Assembly: GCF_001194135.2 (NCBI RefSeq)
Contig: NC_068999.1
Coordinates: 5,039,591-5,103,590 of the forward strand
From: Octopus bimaculoides
Taxonomy: Eukaryota
Length of the DNA: 64,000 nt
Reading direction: 5' to 3'
Both the position numbers and the translations under genes were made by a program. Of the stretch, positions 1 to 13,200 are shown in pieces (positions within the stretch are counted from its first letter, which is position 1; each line of letters starts with the position of its first letter). Under the pieces are notes generated by a model. That model did no database searches, was not told the origin of the DNA, and saw nothing but the letters and a program-made list of their open reading frames with translations.

Positions 1-690
1 CTGGTGCCAAGCTTTTCCTTTCCCCTTGGATAACACTGGTGGCATGGAGAAGGGAGGCCAGTATGCAAGGGGCAACTGCTGGTCTTCCATAAACAACCTT
101 ACCCGGACTTGTGCCTCGGAGGGAAACTTTCTTGGTGCAATCCCATGGTCAGTCATGATTGAAGGGGGTCATACACACATGCTTATTTTATACATTAACA
201 CTTCATATACACCATCAGTTAATATATTGACATTCTACACACTGTTAATTTCTATAGTAACAATACCCCTACATACTATTAACCCTGTCTACACCTTAAT
301 TTATACATTGGCAATATCTACATACTATTAATTTATGCTAATTAGCAATGGCTACACATGGTCATTAATATTTCAACTCTGTCTTATTAGACAACGAGTT
401 GGCAGAATCATTAATTAGCATGCCAGGCAAAATGCTGAGTGGCATTTCATGTTTTTGCATTCTGAGTTCAAATGCCACTGAGGTCAACTTTGTCATTCAT
501 CCTTTTGGGGTCAATAAAATAAGAACCAGTTGAAAGCTGGGTGGGGTCACTATAACTAACTTTCCCCCCTCCCGATAAATTTCGGCTGTAGAACGGAATA
601 TTTTAACTCTGTCTCTACACTCAATTTTTCATCACTGTCTCTAGTTTGTTAATTAATATTTTTTTTTTTTAATTAAACTTCATTTCACAG

Positions 691-1888
691 ACGGTTTTTT
701 ACTTCAACGTCCAACGGAAGTTCTTTGAGAAGGCTTTGGATATGTTTGCTCAGTTCTTCATCTCGCCCCTTATGCGGGAGGATAGCATCAATAGGGAGAT
801 TAAAGCTGTCGACAGTGGTAAGTGCTGCCCCCTTTTTGGATTTGCGGGGTTTGCAGGGTCGTTGGTGATGTTTATGCTGTCTGGGTTGGGCTCTAGTGTG
901 GTCACTGGGAAACTGATCATAGATAGGACTTGGGTTAAAACTGAGATATTGGTCATAATTGGATAGTTGGGACTTTGGTTATAGTTGAGACATTGGTCAT
1001 AATTAGATTATTGATCATAGCTGTGACATTGCAAGGGAATTGGGCATAGTTGGGACAATGGCCATAGGACAGTGGTCAGTGTGGGAATTTTTGTCATAAC
1101 TGGGAAGTCGGTCACAATACAACCCCAGAGACAAGACCATGCTCTAGCTTGGCCAGAATCTTTGATTTCAATCTATTGCTGAAGAATATGGTGTATGTAA
1201 TGCATATAGAACCAAGACTTGTATGGAATAGATATTATTATATGTCCAAAGTGACCAATAATGTTGTCCACTACATCACGTATCCATCTGTTGGGTTCTC
1301 TAACATTTTCTTTGCTCTGATTCCTACAGAATTTGAAGAAGGACGTCCTGACGATGATAATCGGTCTGCTCGTTTATTGGCCAATCTCTGTAGAACCGGT
1401 CACCCAATTGGGAATTTTATTGAAGGTAAGTAAAATCTCAAATATGGCTCTGGTCAGTTTATTATTATTATTATCATTAGACACAGGCATGGCTGTGTGT
1501 TTAAGAAGTTCAATTCCCAGCCACGTGGTTTTGAGTTCAATCTCACTGTGTGATACCTTGAGCAAGTGTTTGAGCTGACCGGAACTTTGTGAATAGATTT
1601 GCTCAAAGGAAACTGAAAGAAGCCTGTTGTATTTCTATGTGTGTATGTTTGTGTTTGTGCACCTTTTTCTTGACATTGCTTGTCAATTGTAAACGAGTGC
1701 CACTGTCACACAGGTGGCGTTCTTTTTTCTGAATCTTGTATGGAAAAATGTCCAGTCTCAGGGAAATATAATGTTGCTTGGAAGCAAGTGAAGGTTTGGT
1801 GACTGGAAGAGCATCTGGCCATCGAAAATTTGCCTCAGCAACGTCTGTGTAACTCATGCAAGCATGGAAAAGGGGTTGTTAAAGCTGC

Positions 1889-1925
<37 letters not shown>

Positions 1926-4900
1926 GAGCTGGCAGAATCGTTTGCGTGTCAGGCAAAAAAAGCTTGGCAGCATTTCGTCCATCCTTACGTTCTGAGTTCA
2001 AATTCCGCTGGGATTGCCTTTTCCTTTAACCCTCTCAGGGTTTTTAAAATAAGTACCAGCTGGATACTGGGGTCAATATTATTATTATTAGTAGTAGTAG
2101 TAGTAGTAGTAGTCGTACTAGTAGTAAGTAAGTAATGGGCACAAGGCCTGAGATTTCAGTGGGTTGGGTAGTCGATTACATTGACCCCAGCTGTTGACTT
2201 CTACCTATTTTATCAACCCTGAAAAGATGAAGGGCAAAGTCACCCTCAGCAGCATTTGAACTCGAAATGCAAAGCCACAAGAAATGCTTAGCAACATTTT
2301 GTTTGGCATGCTAACGGTTCTGCCAGTTCACCAGTTTCGTAATAATTCACAGGAATATTAGAAACTAACCCCAGTTGTTTGATTTTAGGGAATCTGACGT
2401 CTCTTCGCACTGATCCCAATAAAAGTAACATTAATGTATACAGTCGACTGAAGGAGTTTCACAAGAAGATGTATTCGGCCCATTTTATGACCCTTGCTGT
2501 CCAATCAAAAGGTAAGTAAACCACTTCTATACGTGTGTGTGTGGCTATGTCAGTTGTTATTGTTTTTACAACCAAATGATTCTGGTTTCAAACCCTCTCC
2601 GTTTCTCCTGGGGCAAGTATCTTTTAATTTAACCTCAGATTGCACAAAGCTTTGGCCAAGTATCTCTACTCTTGCTTTGTGTTGCACAATACTTTGAGCA
2701 AGTACTTTTTCTCTAGCCATACCTTGGGCAAGTATCTCTACTCTAGAGTTGGGTTAACCAACACCTTTTGAATAGAGTTTCGAAGAAAACTGTGTGCAAG
2801 CTGATCTGGTGAAAGATATGCACATTGTTAAACCAATAAACTGGTGCATTGAATGAAACACTGTGCTGTTTGTTCCATCCGAGTTGCACAGATACTCCCT
2901 TTATCACTAATGCTATTGGAAATTCCTTAAACCAATGATTGAGCTGTTGGAAACCAATAACCCATGCTGCTGAAAAGAATATACAAGAAATAATGTATTC
3001 AATGCCTGTACAATGTCACATGTTCTTTGGTGAAGGGATTAGATTATCAGATCAACCCCCACTTGCTTCCCAGTATTTGATTGGCACTTATATTATAGAA
3101 CTCCAGGAAGATAAAGGATAAACTGATTCTGGCAGGATTTGAACTCAGTATGTACAGGAATATAAGTAAATTATTTGAATGGCTCTGAATAAACTGCAAG
3201 AACTTAAGGAAACCAAACTGATGCTAGTATATACACAGCTCCCTCAGATTGTTACTTGTTCCATTCCATGGTTCCATGGCTCACCTCTTGTGCTCATGAT
3301 GCTTCAGTGGAAGCCTCTGTGAAGGAATCTTCTTCACCTCGAAGGACAAGAACTGGTATCAGCATGGGATCAAAGAACTAGCAGAAAGATGGCTTCAGAC
3401 TGTGCAACACGATGGCCTCTGCTTTGAATGCTTTTTGTTGTAACTTGATGAATAAAACAAATAAGTTGCCAAAATATTGCAAAACTTTTGATTTTGAATT
3501 AAGTCGACTGATGTCATCTTTGTGTCTCTAATTCTTGTTCTTCATTAAGTTTCTCTTGTACATTCTTTGATTTTCAGAAACCCTCGATGTTCTCGATGAA
3601 TGGGTCAGAGAAATATTCTCCAATGTTCCAAATAAGTAAGGAATTTACCATTATTGTTATTTTTTCTTTCAAAATAATTCTATTGATTTGAGCAGACTGG
3701 AGTGAGGTGTGGGTGTCATAACCTTTTAAGGACCTTCTGCACCACTGATTAATTAAGACTAATGATTGACGTGTATAATTTGGACTGATTTGTGTGTCTA
3801 TTATATTGTATCATCATCATCATCATCATCACCATCGACATGGATTGGACAAGTCTTGCTTTTTGTGGTCTTCTTCATTTTCCACATATGGCAATGGAGA
3901 ATTGAACTCAGAACACAATGGATCGCAACTTAACTAAATGTACCGCATGGTGTTAAGTCTACTAATTTTGTGAACCATAATATTTAATATTAATATTACT
4001 AATACCTCACATTGACATAAATGATTTTGATTTTTGGGAAAACTTACAGCCAAAAGTTGTGCAAGTTTTACTCTAAAGAGTCATTCCAGCATCAAAAAAG
4101 ATGGGAACAAAGACAATAATATAAGTTTCAGCTAGAAATGGTGACAATGAGTTGTGGATGTGTTTTATAAAGGACTTCTGTGAATATTCTATTGAGGAAA
4201 TGTTTCCTTTTGTTTTTTTCAGCAATGAAGCTAAACCAACATTTTCACATGAACCAGTAAGTTTGCTTTTCAAGGAGTTTACAAAGTTTATTTTTGTTGT
4301 TCTGAACTCTTGACTGATACAACTATGTTGTCCGATGTTTACCCTGCTGTCAGTATATTAACCCTTTAGCATTTAAACCTGCCATGCCTGGCCTAGTTAT
4401 TCTTGCCGTTTTATGTTCAAACTGGCCAGATCTTGCCTCTCACACCTACCCTACAATATCATTCTAAAAATAATCACATCATTGAAATCTGAAAGCTGTG
4501 AGATAATATATGCCAAATATGCATTGCAATGGATAGAGTAATCAAGATGCCATAGGGTTAACCGTGCTGTCTGTGTGTTAAGCCTGATTTAGATATTCAC
4601 ATTTAAATCTGCCAGAATGTATTTCAAATGGATACGTCACTATTTGCATTCTCGCTGCCTACGTGCACCTCTTGAATTATTCCCAGTTATCTCCCTTTTA
4701 GTTTTAGGACTGGGGACAGACAGACAGACTTATACAGACATATATTGTCAATTGTTTAGATCGTTTGTCTCATCTAATTTAGTTTTATCTAAAACTGATT
4801 TCTTTTCTCCTATTTTCAGTGTCCTTTTGATACAACAGAATTCTCCAAGTTCTACCATGGTAAACTTGTCACGTTTTATGTTTATTTATTTATATTTCCT

Positions 4901-7250
4901 CTTGCTGTTTAGACCCAATCTCGCCCTGGCTGTGAACACACCTATGATCAAAACATTTCCAGCCATGACGATTCCATCTACGGTTTTCTTAAGCACTCTG
5001 AATCAGATCTTACATTATGTCCGTGTAGTCTTACACATTCATTTACACAGACACAGACAACACACATGCATACATACACATACACAGGACAGCTTACACA
5101 TACAGATAACACTTCCCCCCGCTCTCTCTCTGTGCCAGTGTCGTCAATAAAATATTTTATGTCTGTCTGTGTGTCATTTCAGTTGTGTCAGTGAAAGACA
5201 CCCACAAAGTCTCGTTGAACTGGGCTCTGACCCCTCTTAATAAACATTATGAGTGAGTATATATACAATTCCTTCTTCTCTGTCTGCCTGTCTGTAACAT
5301 CAGTCGTGGTTTATTGTTGTACATATAAACTTACCTACATGTTTAAGTGTGTGTATGTATGAATGTGTGTGTGTATGCACACATGCAGAGTGTGGTGAAT
5401 AAAGTTGTCTAAATTACGCAAAAATAAAAATAACACTGACATCTCATTTTAACAGATATATTTACCAAAATTACATAAAAATATCTTGAAATACTAAAGA
5501 GTAAATTTATTCAATAAAATCACCATTGGCTTCAAATTTTTCACCTGTCCCCATTTGTCTCTTTGATCTGCTCCACCCTTTACTCCATGTTATTCCACTC
5601 ACTTCCAACCTCTCCATTTACAGGTCCAAGCCTTTAGATTATCTCTCTACGCTGTTCTTACACGAAGGTGCTGGAAGTATTCTTTCTTATTTGAAGAAAC
5701 GGTAAGTCTGGTTATCTTATTATTAATTTTTTTTTTCTTTGGGGCTGGGATTCATGAGAATCTAAAAAAAAAGAAAAAACAGTCCAATGTTACATGGAGT
5801 ATTTTCTGCTTTTGTGTTTTGTATAGTCTTGTTGCTATGGTTACTTTTCATTAAATCTGAAATTGAAGACAAAATAAGTGTGTGTGTGTAAGCATGTGGC
5901 CTAGTGGTTAAGGTGTTGGGTTCATGACCCCAAGGTCATGGTTTCAATTTCTGAACTGGGTTTGACACATTATGTCCTTGGGCAATGCACATGACTTCAC
6001 ATTGCTACAGCTGATAGTGAGGACCAAACCAGCACTACTAGTGCATCCCCTTATCCTTTTATCCCTCTCATCTTGGATGTTTCTTCAACTGTAAGAGGAC
6101 CAAAACCACATCTCTTTCTATTTGTGACTGGACATCCACCTTAAGCAGTTTGTAAGTTAATTTGTTTTCCGTTTTTGATATTTGAAATTACTAAGGTAAA
6201 CCCAGTGTTTATTGTTTGTCTTTGTAGGATGTGGGCCCTGCACATTGAAGGGGGAAACGCTACCAGTGGGTTTGAGTTCAATTCTGTCTGGTCCTGTTTC
6301 TATATTGACATTATTCTCACAGATTCTGGAGTCAATCACATTTACGAGGTGAGTGATACCATTACAACCACAATTATTACTGCTGTTGCTACTACTACTA
6401 CTACTACTATCATATCTACCACTATTACTATGACCAGTTCTATAGTAGTAGAGTTGTTAGTCTTTCATTAGCTATAAGTCGGCCCTCATTTGTGTGAACA
6501 TATAATCAAGGGCACTCTAATCACGACCATCTCATACTTGGACCACATTGTCCAGTTTTTTTTTTTATGTGCCTTTCGTCAATGTGCTGGGCTATTGTCC
6601 ACTAGGTTGTAAGTTAAACCTTACTACAGGGACTGTATTGTGTTCTTGTGGACCAGGTGATGACCCCCATCCCTGCCCACCTGGCCATTGTATTGCACCT
6701 CTTTGTTTAAGGCCTCTATCTTTGCTTGACTCAGTCTGCTAGACTGATAATAGGGTCGTACCTGAAGCCACCATTATTATACTTTCCGGATGGGTTCTGA
6801 AGCATGACTAATATAGATATATATTGCCTGAGGTGGTGAGCTGGCAGAAGTGTTAACATGGTGGGCGAAATGCTTAGCAGCATTTTGTCCATCTTTACAT
6901 TCTGAGTTCAAATTCCACTGGGGCCACCTTTGTCTTTCATCCCTTTCAGAAGTTAATAAAATAAGTACCAGTTGAATGCTGGGGTCAATGTCATTGACCA
7001 ATGTCATCACCCAAAACTGCTGGCCTTGTGCCAAAATTTGGAATCAATATTTATATTGTCTGTTACACCTAACCATTTTATGGAAGTGGTTATTGTTGCA
7101 GTGAAAATGGTGCACCCTTTCCCATGTGACAAAGTGGTATGATCCAGCCACTATAAGGTGCAGAATCCTGCCACAACATAATAGTAGCGATAAGAATATT
7201 ACAATGCTGACGATAACTTACAAATGGACAAGGATTCACATTATAACAGT

Positions 7251-7289
<39 letters not shown>

Positions 7290-10200
7290 AATGTATAAAC
7301 ATATTTCTTTGTGTGTGTAACAGGTCCTAACTGTGGTGTTCCAATACCTGGAAATGGTGAAGAACAAAGGACCACTGAAATATATTTATGATGAAGAAAA
7401 AGCTATTCAAGACATGAAGTTTCGCTGGCAGGAAAAGGTAAACTGAACGACTGTTGTTGTCTGGTGATGGATGGGGTATCTACAGATGAAGGGTATGTGA
7501 GAGAAAGAGAAGGTATGTGAAAGTGTAATGAGCAATGAGTGGTGTATGATGGTGCACATGTGGGTGTGTAATGGGGTGTATTGGTACAAAATGCTGATGC
7601 ATAATTGCAGAGTGTCCATGGGTAATTGTACAGTGTGACTGTCAAGTGGCTGTTACACTGCGACGGTGCTGTAAAAATATGCTGTGATGACACAGTGTGA
7701 CTGTATTGAGTGACTTTTCTTTCTCCGGACCCTGAATTAAGGTGCATCAACCCAGTTAGTGAATGTTGTTATGTTTAAGGTTTCTAATCTCACCAGAGAC
7801 TGTTTCTCGTATTTCAGGGTTCCTCAGTTGACTACGTGGAGCGACTGAGTGAGAATATGCAGGTGTACAACAAGGAGCACTATTTGACCGGAGACTGTCT
7901 TCTCTTTCAGTATAATGAAGAGGTAAGTTGATGATGATGATATAGTTTAGCCCCAGGTCTGTCCTGATACAAAAGGCTTATTATCAAAGACTTTCCAACC
8001 ATGACTATCTCCTCTTTTGTTATTCAGGTAGACTGTATTATCCAGTGTCTCCTTGCTTGTTTGTGTTGTCATTATGTAACCCCAAGTCAGTCAGAATCCA
8101 ACTGACTTAAATTCACAACATACCATATACAAATATTATTTTCATATTCGCAATATTAGAAATCTTTTTTTTTTTTTGGAAACCTTCAAATAAAGGACGA
8201 ATCTAATTCAACCTTTTTACATACACTCACACATATATATATATAATTTTTTTTTTGTGTGTGCAGCTCATTAAATCCTGTTTAGATCAACTGAGTCCTG
8301 CCAAAACCAATGTCATCTTATTGACCAAAAAAGACTCCAACCTTTGCACCAAAGATGAGAAATGGTATGGCACTAAATATTATGATACAGGTAATTATTA
8401 GTTGATTCCTAGATGTCATTGTGTAACCTTGGTTCCGTTTTGTATAGCAGAGATAACTCTACCCCTAGGGAGGTTGCCAGTCCATCTCAGTAAGAGACCG
8501 ATAGTGTTGAGTGGTTGGTACATCGAGTGGAAGTGAGTGGCCAAGTAAAGGCTGGAGACGGATTTCCAAGTGGAAATTGATGTGGGTGGTTGAGTGGAGT
8601 TTGATGATGGAGTAAGCCAAATGACCAAATGGTCAGTGAGGGAGTGGAAGTGAAATTTGGTAGGATGGGTGGTCAGTTAGAGAGGGGCACCAAATAGAGT
8701 TGGGTGGTAGAGTCTAAATGATTGCTGATGTAGTCCAAGTGAAAGATTGTAGGGTGGGTGGTCACTACAGTATTTGGTGGTCTGTTTACAATAAAGGCTG
8801 AAAAATTGTCTTGAATACATTTAAATGACACATTTATCAATTGATTGTTCTGTATATCTTGACAACAGTTTTATAGTTTCAAACATCGACTAAATTTGGA
8901 GAATTTCTTGTATTTCCAGATTTTGACCCGGAATGGTTAGCAAAATGGCAGAGTAAGTAAATTTACTTTCAGACGATCTTTTTTTTATTATTGTATTTTG
9001 CCTTTCTTGTATGTTGTTTGTCATGGTGTTTTTGGTTCTAGAATGGTATGATAGAACCAAGGAATCAGAGAATTTAAGAATCAGAATAGAATGACGGAAT
9101 ATTTGTATGTTAAGAGCTTTGCTTACCAACTACACGGTCCTGGGTTCAGTCCCATTCCATGGTAACATGTCTTCTACTACAGCCTTGGCGTAACCAAAGC
9201 CCTGTGAGTGGATTCGGTAGCTGGAAACTGTAAGAAGCTTATTGTGTATATACAGATCATCATCATCATCATCGTTTAACGTCTGTTTTCCATGCTAGCA
9301 TGGGTTGGACGATTTGACTAAGGACTGGCAAGCCAGAAGGCTGCACCAGGCTCCAACCTGATCTGGCAGAGTTTCTACAGCTGGATGCCCTTCCTAACGC
9401 CAACCACTCCGAGAGTGTAGTGGGTGCTTTTACATGCCACCGGCACGGGAGCCAGTCCAGCAGTACTGGCAACGACGTCGCTCGAATGATTTTCTAATGT
9501 GCCACCAGCACAAGTGCTAGAAGGCAACTCTGGAAATGATTACACTCAAATGGTGCTATTTACGGGTCACTAGCATGGAAGCCAGGCAGCTGCTCTGGAA
9601 AATGTGCAACATTATTCGTGTGGCAAGTTTTCTACAGCTGGATGCCCTCCCTGCCGCCAACCCCACCTGTTGCCAATATGTGAAGGCGCATGGCTCAGTG
9701 GTTAGAGCGTCGAACTTACGACCGTGAGGTTGTGAGTTCGAATCCCGGACCGGTCTGCATGTTGTGTTCTTGAGCAAGACCTTTTACTGGTACTAAGCTG
9801 TATTGGCCCCTTCTGCCTTTCCCTTGGATAACATCAGTGGCATGAAGAGGGGAGGTTGGTATGCATGGGCGACTACTGGTCTTTCATAAACAACCTTGCC
9901 TGGACTTGTGCCTCTAAGTGCAATCCCATGGTCAGTCATGATCGAAGGGGGTCTCCGATATATATATATATATATATGATGATGATGAAGTAAAGAGTTG
10001 TATATTTTGTCGTTAATGTCTCCTTTTATTTTTTATTCCCAGACTTGCAATTGAACCCAGAACTGTATCTACCAGAACCCAACAAGTACCTCGGTAACTA
10101 TATCACTCTTATGCAATCCGTTTCTTCTTTCTTTACAATTGTTAGAGTGACAGTTTTACTTTGTCTGCTAGTGACGGCCATACTGGAGCAATATGGCCAT

Positions 10201-13200
10201 ACTGTGAATTTGGGAAACAGAAACTGTAAGAAGCCTGTTGTATATGTGTGTTTGTCTTATCTTGACATTTGTTAACTGCAAATACTCACCATACAAACAA
10301 ATGTATTTCTTTCATGAAAACATGTCCAGCCATTGAGCTGTTCGTTGTTCAAAGTATAAGGTGGAAATATTTTCTTGCTTGGGAACAAATGAGGCTTGGT
10401 GACTGGAAGAGCACCTAGCTGTAAATTTTATCTGACCTATGCCAGGAGATGCTAAAATGATAATGATGATGTATTGATTTGGCATGATCTTTTGAGCATC
10501 TGAAGAATTACTGTGCAATATTTATTTTGAGGTCAGCTGGCAGAATCCTTAAGATGCTGGACAAAATGATTAGCAGCAGTCCATCCATCTTTATGCTCTG
10601 AGTTCAAATTCCATTGAGGTCAACTCTGCCTTTCATCCTTTCAGGGTTGATAAAATAAATTGACCCCAGTTGAACACTGGGGTCAATTCAATCAGCTTCA
10701 TCCTTCCCCAAATTTCAGGCTTTGTGCCTATAAGTAGAAAGGGTTCTTATCAAAGAATAAATGGTTTGTGTGTGTGCATTGGTGTTCTTCGTTTTGTACC
10801 TTCTCCCTCTCTTTGTCTTTCTTCAACAGCAAAGGACTTTTCTTTGAAAGACGTCCCACCAGAACAGAAAGATAAGGTAGGGAGATGCAGCTTTTAATTA
10901 ATCTTTTTTTTTCGTTGTATCATCATAATCATCTTCTACCATCCCTTTGTCAATGTGGATTCGATAGGTCTTCTGTACATAATCTCTCCCCCAAAGATCT
11001 AAACGGTCTAACAGGGAATCCATTGAGCAGTGAGTCTCTCTCTTCCACACTGACACCTCTCATTCCAACTCTAACCACCACTCTATCCTCAACACACCAT
11101 TCACCCCATCCACCCACATATATATATAATCTGTTGTTGCCTTCATTATTTATTCCAGAGTCCATTTTTGATCATGGAGAATGAGAAATGTAAATTATGG
11201 TTCAAGAAAGACACCAAGTTTAATATCCCAAAAGGTGAGCAACAAATTCTCCCTCTCTTCTTCCTATTCTCACATCCATAACTCTTTGAATTCCATTCTC
11301 TCTCTTCCCTCCTTCTATACTTTCCTGCCTCTCCTTCTTTCTATATCTCTGCCTACTCCCCATTACTCTCTCTCTCTCTCTCTGTTTACCTCTCCCTAAA
11401 TTCCCCCCATTTATTCTCTTCTAACTCTCTTTCTCTCCCTCAATTATTCACTGTCACACACACAGCCACAGTCCACTAGGTCCATCACGTGTATCCACAA
11501 TATGCAATAGTTCACAAATGACTGTATGTATTGCTCTGTAACCTCCGTCCTATTCATGTACTCCTAGGTGTACTGTGGCACCTACAAGTTGGTATCAAAA
11601 AGTTCCTGAACTTACAATTAAATAAGTACCAGTTATGCACTGGGGTCGATGTAATCAACTTAATTCCCTCCCCGCAAGCTGCCCTTGTGAAATCATTATT
11701 GTTATTATCATTATTACTATATTTCTTTTCAGTCCAAACATTCTTTAAACTGATGAGTCCAGTGATTGGGGAGTCACTAGAAAGGTTTGTGAACCCTTTT
11801 TTAACCCCACTGCTCTCTCTCTCTCGTTTTTGTTATTTACATTTACAGGCTTACATGAGAATTGAACCCTGCACCAACACACACACGTCATCATAATTTC
11901 CCAGCAACCCTTGTAATTTTTATATGATAGTTGGAGCTTAAGGGACACTGCTTAAGGTCCATGCAAACTCTCCCTGACTAGTTATGTTGTTATTGTCACT
12001 GTTTAACCCTTGGTCAACTTGGATCAAGCTAACCTATAACCAAAAGTGTTCCATCTATGGCCATCCTGTTTATTTATATCTATGTGTGCAGTATCTAATA
12101 TGCGTTTTTTTTTTAAGAGTGTAGATTGTGATTTGAATGATGCTTGACTGCTGTTTCTAGCTGCTTTAAGTAACCACAAAAAAGCTCTCCTGTGGCTCAC
12201 TAAAAATGGAGGTTCATCAGTCAAATGATAATTAAACAACTACCATACTCAGTATATTACTGGTACTTAGAATGAGTGCTAAACAGTTTCTTCTCACCAC
12301 TGCCAGTCAATATAATAAATATTTATGAGAACTTTACTTAGACTTTCCTACCTTGCCAGTACTCCCCCCCCCACGGATTTTGCACCCTTCTAAGTACACC
12401 CCACCACATCTTTATTACTATGGTAACCAAGATACGAAATCTCTTTGTTTTTCTTCTTTCAGTTCCATCCTCTTTGAACTGTTCATTGATGTTCTCCTGC
12501 AGAAGTTGGCAGAACCAACCTACCATGCCATTGAAGCTGATCTCAGGTACATAGAAATGTCTACCCGTTTCTCACCTCACCTCACCTGACTTCAAGATAC
12601 CCCCCCCCCTTCCTTTCTTCATCTCACCTTTGGTAATTTGAAGCAACTCCCTTCTCATCTCACATTCATTGTCTCGGAAGCCACCTTACTACTATCTACC
12701 CTGATATGAAGCTTCAGATAGAATGTACCCTGCTGTATTATTAGGTAGTGTCTACTCATCTGATACCCAGGGTAGAATATACCCTGCCATAACTAGACTT
12801 GGATGTCTTCTGTTGTTTCACTGGACGGAATGTACCCTGCCTTGAGTTTGTACTGAGTGCACCCTGAAGTACCTTGCTGCTGTTTCTGGGGACAGATTTT
12901 GTTCTGCTGTGCCCTGAGGTCCCTATTATGATAAAGGGTCAACTGTGAATTAAAGTAAGTGTACTCTAATAACACCCTACAATACAAGCTACATTTATCC
13001 TGCTGCTGCTGTTGCTATGGGTACACCACTATGACTTTAGGTACATGTACCCACCACAGGGTATCTAATATAACCAGGGCTATATGTGGATATGTAACCT
13101 TTGTTCAAAGCTTGGGTACACGTGGACCTCCTTTACTCATTGTCTCCCTTCTTACCGAAGTCCCTCACTCATTCTACTCCTCTTCAAATCGAACCCCCTT

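Noticed and set aside
5831-5844. X-box match GTTGCTATGGTTAC in an NRDC intron (near match also at 13011-13024)
   Set aside because: Not near any start in the window and within the expected chance frequency; recorded as background for the X-box claim.
9685-9755. tRNA gene
   Set aside because: A and B boxes are present but there is no convincing anticodon/acceptor stem, and it continues into a repeat body shared with 1-170; it is a SINE head.
11849-11896. AYMRIEP as the NRDC exon after FNIPK
   Set aside because: Wrong phase after the 11234 donor (leads to a stop); exon 11733-11784 fits phase and homology.
12700-13120. Recurrent GTACCC/GGGTA motifs
   Set aside because: Irregular spacing and no stable unit; low-complexity intronic sequence.
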